A stretch of DNA of 64,000 nucleotides from Fidelibacterota bacterium (GTDB taxonomy: Bacteria > Fidelibacterota > Fidelibacteria > Fidelibacterales > DSDE01). Of the stretch, positions 28,117 through 38,066 are shown in pieces (the first letter of the stretch is position 1; each line of letters begins with the position of its first letter). The stretch lies in NCBI GenBank assembly GCA_046735395.1, contig JBJKQR010000027.1:1-64000 (forward strand), in the 5' to 3' direction. A program made the translations under genes and the position numbers. The notes under the pieces were generated by a model. That model did not search any database and was not told the DNA's origin. It was given only the letters and a program-made list of their open reading frames with translations.

Positions 28117-30009
28117 CTACAGAATCCGCAGACTGCGCATTTCCTTCTTGGCAATTCTCAGGCCACCGGCCGTACTTCCCCGCACGTTGAATTCGGCCAG
28201 GCTGAATTCCTCCTCCAGCACTTTCAGGCGGGGTTTCGGCTTGTATTTGACCATGAAGTGTCTGTCTTCATCGGTGAGCAGTTTCATGAGTGTGTCACCG
28301 GTCTGCAGGGGATTATATTCCTTATTCAGAATGAATTTGTCAATATGGAAGCGCTTGATATAGGGATAGCCGTTTTCCCCTTCGCGGTAGATCATGGAGT
28401 AGACTCGGTCCTTACTGATGAATCCGCAGAAGGCCATTCCCCTGTCAATAAACAGCTTTTCCGGTACGTCCGTGACGAAATAGGTTCCGTCGTGACGGAT
28501 GATGAGCACCCGGTCATAGGGGGACACGTCCAGAATGGGATCTCCGGTTTTCACATCCGTTCCCAGATACCCTTCTGCAGCATCATAGCGCAGCTTCATA
28601 TCCCGGCTGGCCGCTTCCCGAACATCCACCTGGCTGAAGCCGGTGATCCGGGTTTTCCTCGGATATGCCTTCCCGTATTTGTCGATGAGTGACTGCAGGT
28701 AATCAATGGTGAATTCGACCAGGTGGGCCAGAGAGTGCTTGATCTCCTTGATCCGATCCTTGATTTCCTTGATTTCCTTGTTTGCCTTATTGATGTCATA
28801 GAGGGAAATGCGCCGGATGGGGATTTTCAGCAGATGTTCGATATCTTCCTTGCTGATCTCGCGCTTGACTTCCGCAAGGAAGGGAATAAATCCTTCCATG
28901 ACCGCATCCATCACCCCCTGCATCGTTTTCTGCTCTTCAATATTTTTATAGATGCGGTTTTCAATGAAGATCTGTTCCAGGGTGCGGATATGCAGTTTCT
29001 GGTTCTGCTGATCAAGTTCGTAATCCAGCTCTGCCTTGAGCACATCCTTCAGTCTGAAGGCATTATAGGTGATGACTTCAGAGACCGTCATCTGGACGGG
29101 GCGGTTATCCTTGATGCAGAGCAGATTGACGGCGATACTGATCTCACAGTCAGTGAAGGCGAAGAGCGGATCCAGGATTTCGCTGCTGTGGACACCCCGG
29201 GGCAGAGTGATTTCGATCTCGACATTTTCCGTCGTGTAATCATTAATGCCGGCGATTTTGAATTTATTCTTCCGGGCGGCATTTTCAATGGAGGCAATCA
29301 GCGACTCGGTGGTCTGTCCGAAGGGCAGTTCGGTAATAAGCACGCGTTTGGGATCGGAGGTGTCGATTTTCGCCCGGACGAGGACCTTGCCGTTGCCGCC
29401 GTCGTATTCGGACACGTCCATGTCGCCGCCGCCGTAGAAATCGGGATATAATTCCACCGGCTCATCCTTCAGCACGGAGATTTCCGCCCTCAGCAGTTCA
29501 ATGAGATTGTGAGGCAGAATTTTTGTAGCCATACCCACGGCAATTCCTTCCGCGCCCATGGCCAGAAGGACAGGAAGCTTGGCCGGAAAACTGACCGGTT
29601 CCTGGTTGCGGCCGTCATAGCTGGGAACGTACTCGGTGATCTGGGGAAGAAAGAGGGTTTCCCGGGCCAGATCGCTGAGGCGGCATTCGATGTAACGCGG
29701 AGCTGAGGCTTCGTCGCCGGTGTAAAGATTTCCGAAATTTCCCTGCCGGTCAATGAAGAGATCCTTGTTTGCCAGGTTGACCAGGGCAGCTCCGATGCTC
29801 GCATCACCATGAGGGTGATATTTCATGGTGGAGCCGACCACATTGGCCACCTTGTGAAACTTGCCGTCGTCCAGGCTGTGCAGGGTGTGAAGAATACGTC
29901 TCTGTACCGGCTTCATCCCATCTTCTATATCCGGAATGGCCCGGTCCTTGATAACATAGGAAGCGTATTCCAGAAAATTTACGGAAAAGAGTTTATTCAG
30001 GTAACTCAT
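28117..30009 (-). CDS. parC: DNA topoisomerase IV subunit A
   Basis: DRAIPDIEDGMKPVQRRI, YHPHGD, SAPRYIE catalytic Tyr; short 630 aa form; paired with subunit B. Confidence 0.88.
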   Translation of the reverse strand: MSYLNKLFSVNFLEYASYVIKDRAIPDIEDGMKPVQRRILHTLHSLDDGKFHKVANVVGSTMKYHPHGDASIGAALVNLANKDLFIDRQGNFGNLYTGDEASAPRYIECRLSDLARETLFLPQITEYVPSYDGRNQEPVSFPAKLPVLLAMGAEGIAVGMATKILPHNLIELLRAEISVLKDEPVELYPDFYGGGDMDVSEYDGGNGKVLVRAKIDTSDPKRVLITELPFGQTTESLIASIENAARKNKFKIAGINDYTTENVEIEITLPRGVHSSEILDPLFAFTDCEISIAVNLLCIKDNRPVQMTVSEVITYNAFRLKDVLKAELDYELDQQNQKLHIRTLEQIFIENRIYKNIEEQKTMQGVMDAVMEGFIPFLAEVKREISKEDIEHLLKIPIRRISLYDINKANKEIKEIKDRIKEIKHSLAHLVEFTIDYLQSLIDKYGKAYPRKTRITGFSQVDVREAASRDMKLRYDAAEGYLGTDVKTGDPILDVSPYDRVLIIRHDGTYFVTDVPEKLFIDRGMAFCGFISKDRVYSMIYREGENGYPYIKRFHIDKFILNKEYNPLQTGDTLMKLLTDEDRHFMVKYKPKPRLKVLEEEFSLAEFNVRGSTAGGLRIAKKEMRSLRIL

Positions 30010-31916
30010 CAGATCAGGTTCTCCATAATGAATTCACGGCGTTCGGGGGTGTTTTTACCCATGTAAAATTCCAGAGTCTGGGGAACGGTATGCAGCTCAT
30101 CGACGCCGACGCGGATCAGGCGCATATCATCTCCGATGAACTGTCCGAATTCACTCGGTGAAATTTCTCCCAGTCCCTTGAAACGGGTGATCTCGGCTCC
30201 GGATATTTTCTTCAGAGCCTCATTCTTTTCTTTTTCCGAATAACAGTAGCGCGTTTCCTTTTTGTTCCGGACGCGGAACAGCGGGGTCTCGAGCATGAAA
30301 TTCCGGCCATCCGTTATGAGTTTTTCGAAATAGGTGAGAAAGAAGGTCAGCATGAGATTCCGGATATGAAAACCGTCCACATCCGCATCGGTGGCAACAA
30401 TGATTTTATCGTAGCGAAGATCATCTATGCTTTCCTCCACGCCCAGCGCTTTCATGAGATTGTAGAGTTCGGCGTTCTTGTAGAGCATGGCCCGGTTGCG
30501 TCCGTGAACATTCTGCGGTTTTCCCTTCAGGGCGAAGATAGCCTGGGTGAAGGCATTGCGCTTGGCAACCATGGAACCGGCTGCGGAGGCTCCTTCCGTA
30601 ATGAATATCATCGTGTCTCCGCCATCTTTCCGGTCACCAAGATGATATTTGCAGTCCTTGAGATTGGGAATCTTGATGCTGACGCGTTTGGCGGCTGCGC
30701 GGGCTTCCTTCTGTACCGCCGTGAGGTCCTTGCGCAGTTTTTCGTTCTGCTGTATCTTCCGTTCCAGCACTTCCGCGACGTCACTGTTTTTATGCAGAAA
30801 ATCGATGAGGCTGTTTTTTACGTCATTCACGATCCAGGGACGGATGTCGTTATTGCCCAGCTTGTTCTTGGTCTGGCTCTCAAACACCGGTTCCATCAGC
30901 TTGACGGAAATGGCTCCCACCAGTCCGTCCCGCACATCAGCAGAATTGTAGTTTTTCTTGTAGAATTCATTGATGCCCTTGAGAATGCCCTCGCGAAAGG
31001 CGCTCTGGTGCGTTCCGCCGCTGTTCGTGTACTGTCCGTTGACAAAACTGAAATAATTTTCGCCGTAATTATTGGTATGGGTGAAGGTATATTCCAGTTC
31101 GTCATTCTTGAAATAGATGAAGGTGTAGAGGCTTTCATCATCCAGGTCTGCCTGCAGAAAATCCAGGAGCCCGTTCTGACTTTTGAAGGTCTGGTTATTG
31201 AAGCGCAGCTGCAGGCCCCGGTTCAGGCAGGCATAGATCCACAGCCGTTTTTCGATGAATTCGTAATTGAAGCTGTACTCGCCGAATATTTCCTCATCGG
31301 GCGTGAACTCGACCAGAGTCCCGTTCTTTTCACTGTCATTCCGGCCTTTACGTTCATGCTGCAGCTCGCCCCGGGAAAACGTGGCTTCGAAATATTCGCC
31401 GTCTCGGAATGAGGTGACTTTGAAGGATGAACTCAGCGCATTGACGGCCTTGGTTCCCACACCGTTCAGACCCACGCTGAACTTGAAAACTTCATCGTTG
31501 TACTTGGCTCCCGTATTGATGACGGAGACGCAGTCGATGACCTTTCCCAGGGGAATGCCGCGGCCGTAGTCCCGGATGCGGACCTGTTTGCCTTCAATAT
31601 CAATGTCCACCCGCTTGCCGTAGCCCATGATGAATTCATCGATGCTGTTGTCAATCACTTCCTTGAGCAGAACATAAATCCCGTCATCCGGATCGGTGCC
31701 GTTTCCCAGGCGTCCGATATACATTCCGGAGCGAAGCCGGATATGGGCCAGACTGCTCAGTGTGGTAATATGTTCTTCCGTATAGTTTACGGGCGCTTCA
31801 CCATTTCCGGGTTTCTCCGGCGCGGGTTTCTTTTCTGCTGCCTTCGGCGCTTTGGGTGGCTGAACAGCTGCTTTTTCAGGCTGCTCAGAATCCCCGAATT
31901 TCAATTCCATTGTCAT
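30009..31916 (-). CDS. parE: DNA topoisomerase IV subunit B
   Basis: HIRLRSGMYIG, EVIDNSIDE, DYGRGIP, GLNGVGTKAVNALS, ATDADVDG, TRFKGLGE; start at 31916 or 31910. Confidence 0.88.
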   Translation of the reverse strand: MTMELKFGDSEQPEKAAVQPPKAPKAAEKKPAPEKPGNGEAPVNYTEEHITTLSSLAHIRLRSGMYIGRLGNGTDPDDGIYVLLKEVIDNSIDEFIMGYGKRVDIDIEGKQVRIRDYGRGIPLGKVIDCVSVINTGAKYNDEVFKFSVGLNGVGTKAVNALSSSFKVTSFRDGEYFEATFSRGELQHERKGRNDSEKNGTLVEFTPDEEIFGEYSFNYEFIEKRLWIYACLNRGLQLRFNNQTFKSQNGLLDFLQADLDDESLYTFIYFKNDELEYTFTHTNNYGENYFSFVNGQYTNSGGTHQSAFREGILKGINEFYKKNYNSADVRDGLVGAISVKLMEPVFESQTKNKLGNNDIRPWIVNDVKNSLIDFLHKNSDVAEVLERKIQQNEKLRKDLTAVQKEARAAAKRVSIKIPNLKDCKYHLGDRKDGGDTMIFITEGASAAGSMVAKRNAFTQAIFALKGKPQNVHGRNRAMLYKNAELYNLMKALGVEESIDDLRYDKIIVATDADVDGFHIRNLMLTFFLTYFEKLITDGRNFMLETPLFRVRNKKETRYCYSEKEKNEALKKISGAEITRFKGLGEISPSEFGQFIGDDMRLIRVGVDELHTVPQTLEFYMGKNTPERREFIMENLI

Positions 31917-32186
31917 AATACTCTCATCCCTGCTTTGATTGGAATGTCGGATAAACAGATACAAATTTTCACCCCCGAATTTATAAAAATTCACTGCAGG
32001 AATAAAGACCAAATTCTGAGAAACATGCTCTCCCTCAGGGTAGGGAACCCGATTGAATTTCAGGTACCGGGCAGCGCCGCGGGACAGAGGATGCGGCGCA
32101 AAATTCTGTTGTAAATATTCTCTGAAAACGCTAAAATACGCGCGGAAAAGCGAGTTCGGTACTCCGTTCCGCGATTATTGAAATCT

Positions 32187-32259
32187 GGGGAATTAGCTCA
32201 GTTGGGAGAGTGCCTGGATCGCACCCAGGAGGTCAGGGGTTCGAATCCCCTATTCTCCA
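32187..32259 (+). tRNA. tRNA-Ala (anticodon CGC), CCA not encoded
   Basis: GGGGAAT/ATTCTCC acceptor stem with G3:U70, TAGCTCAGTTGGGAGAG D arm, CCTGG-ATCGCAC-CCAGG anticodon arm, GGTTCGAATCCC T arm. Confidence 0.96.
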
Positions 32260-32271
32260 CTCAGGCCGAAG

Positions 32272-32445
32272 GCCTGACCGCGCCGTAGCTTTAGCGAAGG
32301 CGGGTTGACTTCCGAGAGCCTGACCGCGCCGTAGCTTCAGCGAAGGCGGGTTGTCTTCCGAGAGCCTGACCGCGCCGTAGCTTCAGCGAAAGGCGGGTTG
32401 ACTTCCGAAGGCCTGACCGCGCCATAGCTTCAGCAGAGGCGGGTC
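32272..32445. repeat. Four tandem imperfect palindromic (REP-like) units, period 46/46/47 bp
   Basis: Unit GCCTGACCGCGCCGTAGCTTCAGCGAAGGCGGGTTGACTTCCGA(G)A starting at 32272, 32318, 32364, 32411. Confidence 0.92.
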
Positions 32446-32452
32446 GAGAATT

Positions 32453-32480
32453 AAATCCCTGTGAAAACGGGGCTTTTTTT
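32453..32480 (+). terminator. Intrinsic terminator after the tRNA/repeat array
   Basis: CCCTGT-GAAA-ACGGGG followed by CTTTTTTT. Confidence 0.65.
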
Positions 32481-32696
32481 ATTTGTGCCGGATTTTATCA
32501 GTTAGATTAATTTGAGTGTTTGAGCGTAAACGAGAATTTCATCTGCAATAAAATAAAATCCTCTTGAGATTGTTTCTATTTCCAGTTTTTTGATCCATAA
32601 TATCTCTCCGGACATCCGCCTTATTGCGGCTTACACATAATTCATTGAGCTGGGACGTCAGGAGCCGAAGGGAGGCCGGAATCACACCGATGTTTC

Positions 32697-33959
32697 TTAC
32701 ATGAAAAATTTCATATAGAGATAGGCAAGGGCAAAGAGGCTGAGGAAGGCGATGCCCACAATGGAGAGGATATTCAGCCATCTGGGCAGACGGGCGAATT
32801 CGGGGATATTGGGCAGACGGATAGCCTTATAATTGAGGACAGCCAGGACCGGAGCCGTGATGAAGGAGAGGGTTGTGGCGATATCCACCATGAGGGTCAT
32901 GCTCTTGGTGAAGACACTCAGAAGCAGCAGGGCACCGATGGCAGTGAAAATGATGAAGATCCAGTAACTCAGCGTATTTTCGCCCTCAGTGGATTTATGT
33001 TCGGGAAAAAGGAGGGACCAGGCGCGCTGCAACACTCTCGGATAGGCATCCAGTACGGTGATGGTAGTGGAAAACATGGTCGTGAAGGCGGCCAGGGCAA
33101 TGAGGGGATAGGACCAGTGCCCCAGGCTCTTTTCATAGAGAGACAGAAAACGTCCGGCAAAGGCGGCGCCGCCGGAAGGAAACTGTTCACCGCTGCCGTA
33201 CATGATGAGAGCGCCCAGCATGAGGAAGGCGATGGCGATGATGGCCGTACCGATATATCCCAGATTGAAATCGAGGATACTGCGGCGGAAATGGGGTTTT
33301 TCCTCGCTGATCTTTTCCTTTTCCAGAGTCCAGATACTGTGCCATACGGAAATATCGATTGCCGAGGGCATCCAGCCGATCAGAGCCGCCATGAAGGCCA
33401 CGCCTGAAAAGGTCATGAGGGAGGGTGCTGTAAAATCCGGTTGACGGGCAGCGCCCCGGAACAGAGCCAGAATAACGGCAGCGAGAGTGGACAGGCTGAG
33501 AACGATAATGACGTATTTGATGGTTTTATCCAGAACCTTATAACTTCCCAGGCCGAGGATCAGGATGCAGATGGCCATGAGGGCTGCAGACCAGAGCAGG
33601 GGGCTGATGGCAATGCCCGTGATCTGTGCGGCCAGGCCGGCAGTCACCACGGTCACGGCAGCCGTGATGGAGAACATGGTTCCGAATGTCAGGATGAGAA
33701 AAAGGATGAAATAGCCTTTTCCCATATGAGCATAGGCATCAAGCAGAGATTCGCCGGTGGCGGCTGCATAGCGGGGGCCGAATTCGAAAAATGGGTACTT
33801 CAGAATATTGGCGATAATAATGACGGTGATAAGCAGGAATCCGTAGGATGCCCCGGCTCGCGTGGACTGTACCAGATGGGACACGCCGATGGCTGCTCCG
33901 GCCCACAATAATCCCGGTCCCAGATCCCGATAGATGTTTTTCAGTTTGGACAGATTCAT
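32697..33959 (-). CDS. NRAMP-like (APC fold) divalent cation/solute transporter
   Basis: LGPGLLWAGAAIGVSHLVQSTRAGA, KYPFFEFG, GWMPSAID, TMFSTT; about 11 hydrophobic segments. Confidence 0.82.
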   Translation of the reverse strand: MNLSKLKNIYRDLGPGLLWAGAAIGVSHLVQSTRAGASYGFLLITVIIIANILKYPFFEFGPRYAAATGESLLDAYAHMGKGYFILFLILTFGTMFSITAAVTVVTAGLAAQITGIAISPLLWSAALMAICILILGLGSYKVLDKTIKYVIIVLSLSTLAAVILALFRGAARQPDFTAPSLMTFSGVAFMAALIGWMPSAIDISVWHSIWTLEKEKISEEKPHFRRSILDFNLGYIGTAIIAIAFLMLGALIMYGSGEQFPSGGAAFAGRFLSLYEKSLGHWSYPLIALAAFTTMFSTTITVLDAYPRVLQRAWSLLFPEHKSTEGENTLSYWIFIIFTAIGALLLLSVFTKSMTLMVDIATTLSFITAPVLAVLNYKAIRLPNIPEFARLPRWLNILSIVGIAFLSLFALAYLYMKFFM

Positions 33960-33960
33960 G

Positions 33961-34836
33961 TCAAGTCTCCTGATATGTCGTTTTAATGGTTATCATGACT
34001 GCCGACAGGATAATCGCGGCTCCGATGGCAATGGAAGGCGTAATGATTTCCCCGATCATCACTGCGGCAAAGAGGGCGGCAAATACCGGTTCGAGTGAAT
34101 AAATGAGCGCTGCCAGCGTGTCGATCAGCGCCTGCTGATAATGGTTTTCCACCGTATAGGAAAAGGCTGTCGCAAAAATAGCGCAGAAGAGCAGTGACCA
34201 CCATGTGTCGCCTCCCTGTGGCAGAGCCAGCGAATCTCCGTGATAGATGGCCAATATCAGTGAAAGAAACGCGACCGTATATATCTGTGTGACAGTCAGC
34301 CTGATGCTGTCGTATCCGGGTTTCAGACCGCCGATGAGAACAATATAGAGAGCGAAGATGACCGCGCAGAGGAAGATGAGCACATCGCCGAAGGCAGGCC
34401 GTGTGAAGCCGCTTCCTGTGAGAATTGCCAGGCCGGCAAGAGAGAGAAACGCGCCGAAATAGTGCCCGGTATGTATGGGTTTTTTAGAAATCCGTGAGGA
34501 AAAGAAGGGAACCATGACTACGAAGCTGCCGGTAATGAAGGCCGCATTCACAGCAGTGCTGCTGCGCAGGCCGAAAGTCTGGAGAAAATAGGAGACGGCC
34601 AGCAGGATACCCAGGCCCATGCCATTGCGGAATTCACGGCGATCGGTATTCCGGAAGCGGCGTATGAAGATTATCTGCATGATGAGGCCGGCCAGAAAGA
34701 ACCGATAGGCGAGAAAGGGGTAGACGCCCATGGCAGCAATACCCTGTTTTACATATACGAAGGTCATACCCCAGAACAGCGTTGAGAGGCCGAGCAGGAC
34801 AATGGCCTTTGTGCGGCGGTCTGCAGGGATCATCAT
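33961..34836 (-). CDS. DMT/EamA family transporter
   Basis: FWGMTF..K, RF, LQTFGL, AAFITG, GDVLIFLCA, SLEPVFAA; about 10 TM segments. Confidence 0.88.
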   Translation of the reverse strand: MMIPADRRTKAIVLLGLSTLFWGMTFVYVKQGIAAMGVYPFLAYRFFLAGLIMQIIFIRRFRNTDRREFRNGMGLGILLAVSYFLQTFGLRSSTAVNAAFITGSFVVMVPFFSSRISKKPIHTGHYFGAFLSLAGLAILTGSGFTRPAFGDVLIFLCAVIFALYIVLIGGLKPGYDSIRLTVTQIYTVAFLSLILAIYHGDSLALPQGGDTWWSLLFCAIFATAFSYTVENHYQQALIDTLAALIYSLEPVFAALFAAVMIGEIITPSIAIGAAIILSAVMITIKTTYQET

Positions 34837-35606
34837 TCGGGTTTCGACCTCAGCAGCTGAATGGCCAGCCGGATGCTCATCACCATGAGAATGACCGCGA
34901 AGGCTCCGGTGAACTGATGCCCTTCTATATGGGTGGATAGCAGAAGCCCGGCCATGGATCCCAGAAAACCTCCGAAAATCATGGCCGGCAGGAAACTGCG
35001 TATTTTTGTGTCGCGAAATTGTTTCAGATGAAGTCGCAGAGCCGAGCCGGATGTGATGATGATGATGAGAAGGGAATGGATTACACTCTCCTGAGCCGGC
35101 ATTCTGAAAAGCAGTGTAAACGCGGGTACCATGATGATACCTCCGCCGATTCCGAACAATGCCGAGGACAGGCCTGCGATGAGGCCCACAAGCGGATACA
35201 GAAAAAATTCCACGGATTCGGGTACAGCCTTGCCTGTCGCCGGAAGGATCCCGCTCAGCCGGAGCGCTGCAATGATCAGAATGAGGATATAGAGCGCGCT
35301 GAGCAACCGTGCGGGAATTCGGTGGATGAGTCTCACACCCGCGCGGGTTCCGGTCAGGCTGCCGGCCAGTACCAGCAGCAGGAGCAGATAATTGATATCA
35401 GGCCGGGCCTGAATCAGGTGAAGCGTTGCGGATATGAGGGAAATGGGAAGGATGGCCGCCAGGGACAGGGGAACGTATTCCCGCAGGCTGCCCCGGAAGT
35501 AGAACAGCAGCAGCGGAAGCATGAAAGCGCCGCCGCCCACGCCGAATCCGGCAGACATGAATCCGCCGGCTGCCCCGGCGAAAACCAGAAATATGGCTGA
35601 ATTCAT
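34833..35606 (-). CDS. TauE/SafE (TSUP) family membrane protein
   Basis: Duplicated GxGGG motifs (FGVGGGAFMLP, FGIGGGIIMVP), highly hydrophobic. Confidence 0.85.
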   Translation of the reverse strand: MNSAIFLVFAGAAGGFMSAGFGVGGGAFMLPLLLFYFRGSLREYVPLSLAAILPISLISATLHLIQARPDINYLLLLLVLAGSLTGTRAGVRLIHRIPARLLSALYILILIIAALRLSGILPATGKAVPESVEFFLYPLVGLIAGLSSALFGIGGGIIMVPAFTLLFRMPAQESVIHSLLIIIITSGSALRLHLKQFRDTKIRSFLPAMIFGGFLGSMAGLLLSTHIEGHQFTGAFAVILMVMSIRLAIQLLRSKPE

Positions 35607-35739
35607 AGCGGCGAATTTACAAAATAATTCCGCTGAAATACTTCATTTTTCAAGAAAATGAAGTGTCAGGAAAGGTGGATGTGATCTCATTCGCCTGAGA
35701 TATCCGGACTGTTCTGCCGGAAAAACTGAAGGAATGGCA

Positions 35740-35769
35740 AAATCCCGGTCCTGGGCGGGACCGGGATTT
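35740..35769 (-). terminator. Stem-loop downstream of the small minus-strand gene
   Basis: AAATCCCGGTCC-loop-GGACCGGGATTT inverted repeat. Confidence 0.6.
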
Positions 35770-35797
35770 GAGGGGAGTAAGAGCGGATAAGGTTGGG

Positions 35798-36055
35798 CTA
35801 CCTTATCCTGGGAAAAGCTTTGCTCTCTGCCATATACATGGCGGCAAGTTCGCCGAATTCAATATTTTCGATTTCAATATTCACTTTGGATGATCCCTTG
35901 AAGCCGAGGAAATAGGATCTCAGCAGACGGGAAAAACGGTTCTCGGGATTCTGGAGCCCGATGAGCCTCTTGCCTGAATCCATGATATTCTGGTAGAGAC
36001 CCCGGGTTGAACGGATGAAACGATCAAGCTGTTCTGTGTTGTGTATGGTGATCAT
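35798..36055 (-). CDS. Small hypothetical protein (85 aa)
   Basis: ATG at 36055 preceded by GGAGG; followed by a strong hairpin; no recognised motif. Confidence 0.6.
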   Translation of the reverse strand: MITIHNTEQLDRFIRSTRGLYQNIMDSGKRLIGLQNPENRFSRLLRSYFLGFKGSSKVNIEIENIEFGELAAMYMAESKAFPRIR

Positions 36056-36256
36056 TGTCCTGCCTCCCTGGCGTTTTTTATCAGTAAATGTTCTGCTGAA
36101 ACAAAAGTTCCGGGAATTTGAAAAATATTTTATTCCCTGATTATTGTTCAACCTGCAGGCCGGTCCGGCTCACAGGCTGACAATAAATTAAAAACCTCAG
36201 GAAGAACGCGGCCCCTTTTTCATTTTCTTTACTCATGATTTCTCGTAATTTTAGCC

Positions 36257-38056
36257 ATGAATCAATTAATACGGAATTTTTCAATTATCGCCCATATCGA
36301 CCATGGAAAGTCAACCCTGGCCGACCGTCTTCTAGAAGAGACCGGCACGCTGACGAAATTTCAGATGAAGAATCAGGTTCTGGATGACATGGATCTTGAA
36401 CGTGAGCGGGGTATTACCATCAAGAGTCATCCCATACAGCTGAAATACAAAGCCGCCGATGGGAAAATTTATACGCTGAATCTCATTGATACACCCGGCC
36501 ATGTGGATTTCAGTTATGAAGTGTCCCGTTCGCTGGCAGCCTGTGAAGGTGCCCTTCTCCTCGTTGATGCCAGTCAGGGCATAGAGGCGCAGACGGTCTC
36601 AAATACCTATCTGGCCATGGAAAATGACCTGGAGATTATTCCCATTATCAATAAGGTGGATCTGCCGGGGGCACAGACCGAGGATGTGAAGAACCAGATT
36701 GTCGATCTCATCGGCTGTGATGAGGATGATATCATTCTCACCTCCGCAAAGACGGGCCTGGGCATCGCCGAGCTGCTGGAAGCCATCGTAAAGCGCATTC
36801 CGCCGCCGACGGTCAATGTGGATGTGCCGGCTCGCGCGCTGGTCTTCGACAGTGTATTTGACAGCTACCGGGGAGCCATTCCCTATATCCGGGTCATGGA
36901 TGGGGTGATCCGTCCCGGACAGAAGATGAAGAGTTTTGCCACCAATGAAATATACGATATCACCGAAACGGGTATCTTTCATCTCGTGAGGGAGAAGCGG
37001 GACGAGCTTCGCAGCGGGGACGTGGGTTATATCGTGGCGCAGATCAAGAATATTAAGGATCTGAAAGTGGGCGATACCATCACCACCACGGATAATCCCG
37101 CCACATCGCCTCTCAAGGGATACCGGGAAATGAAACCCATGGTTTATTCCGGGCTCTATCCGGTCATCAATGACGAATATGACGAGCTGAGACAGTCTCT
37201 GGAAAAACTTCAGCTCAATGACGCCAGCCTGCAGTTCGAGCCTGAATCCTCAACAGCACTGGGTTTCGGATTTCGCTGCGGTTTTCTGGGCATGCTGCAT
37301 CTGGAGATCGTTCAGGAACGGCTGGAGAGAGAATTTGACCAGAATCTGGTTACCACTGTTCCCAACGTCGTGTATCACGCCTGGCTGAGAAATGGTGACA
37401 TGGTCCGGGTGGATTCGCCCAGCACCATGCCGGATCCGGCGGATCTGGATCATATCGAGGAACCCTATGTGAAGGCGGAGATTATCACGCCGTCCGAGTT
37501 TCTGGGCAATCTCATGAAGCTGTGTCAGGACAAACGCGGAATCTATAAAACGACACATTATTTAGATAAAACCAAAGTGCAGCTTCTCTATGAAATTCCG
37601 CTCGCCGAGGTGATTTTCGACTTTTATGACCGTCTGAAAACCGTATCGAGGGGCTATGCCTCCTTTGATTATGAACTCATCGGCTACCGGCCGGCTGAGC
37701 TGGTGAAACTGGATATTCTCATTCATGGTGAAGCAGTGGATGCACTGAGTGTCATTATTCATAAGGAAGATGCCTATATGCAGGGCCGGAAGCTGGTGGA
37801 GAAACTGCGGTCCCTGATCCCGCGCCATCTCTTCGATGTGCCGGTACAGGCTGCCATCGGATCGCGCATCATTGCCAGGGAAACGGTGAAGGCGCTGCGG
37901 AAGAATGTGACGGCCAAATGTTACGGAGGCGATATTTCCCGAAAGCGCAAACTTCTGGAGAAACAGAAGGAAGGCAAAAAGCGCATGAAACAGGTGGGAC
38001 GGGTGGAAGTACCCCAGGAAGCGTTTCTGGCCATTCTGGAAATCAATGACAAATAG
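36257..38056 (+). CDS. lepA: Elongation factor 4
   Basis: [70 protein letters not shown]. Confidence 0.98.
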   Translation: MNQLIRNFSIIAHIDHGKSTLADRLLEETGTLTKFQMKNQVLDDMDLERERGITIKSHPIQLKYKAADGKIYTLNLIDTPGHVDFSYEVSRSLAACEGALLLVDASQGIEAQTVSNTYLAMENDLEIIPIINKVDLPGAQTEDVKNQIVDLIGCDEDDIILTSAKTGLGIAELLEAIVKRIPPPTVNVDVPARALVFDSVFDSYRGAIPYIRVMDGVIRPGQKMKSFATNEIYDITETGIFHLVREKRDELRSGDVGYIVAQIKNIKDLKVGDTITTTDNPATSPLKGYREMKPMVYSGLYPVINDEYDELRQSLEKLQLNDASLQFEPESSTALGFGFRCGFLGMLHLEIVQERLEREFDQNLVTTVPNVVYHAWLRNGDMVRVDSPSTMPDPADLDHIEEPYVKAEIITPSEFLGNLMKLCQDKRGIYKTTHYLDKTKVQLLYEIPLAEVIFDFYDRLKTVSRGYASFDYELIGYRPAELVKLDILIHGEAVDALSVIIHKEDAYMQGRKLVEKLRSLIPRHLFDVPVQAAIGSRIIARETVKALRKNVTAKCYGGDISRKRKLLEKQKEGKKRMKQVGRVEVPQEAFLAILEINDK

Positions 38057-38066
38057 GAGAGTGCCC

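Noticed and set aside
28117..31916. gyrA/gyrB assignment
   Set aside because: The A subunit is short with no recognisable GyrA box; motifs fit the ParC/ParE type better
32272..32445. CRISPR array
   Set aside because: Units are contiguous near-identical repeats without unique spacers; no cas genes in the window
32655..32682. SRP (4.5S) RNA from GTCAGGAGCCGAAGGGAGGCC
   Set aside because: Only superficially like the TCAGG..GGAA..AGCAG core; AGCAG and the long enclosing helix are missing
32187..32700. tRNA-anchored genomic island or prophage
   Set aside because: No integrase, no duplicated tRNA 3' end noticed, and flanking genes are housekeeping/transport
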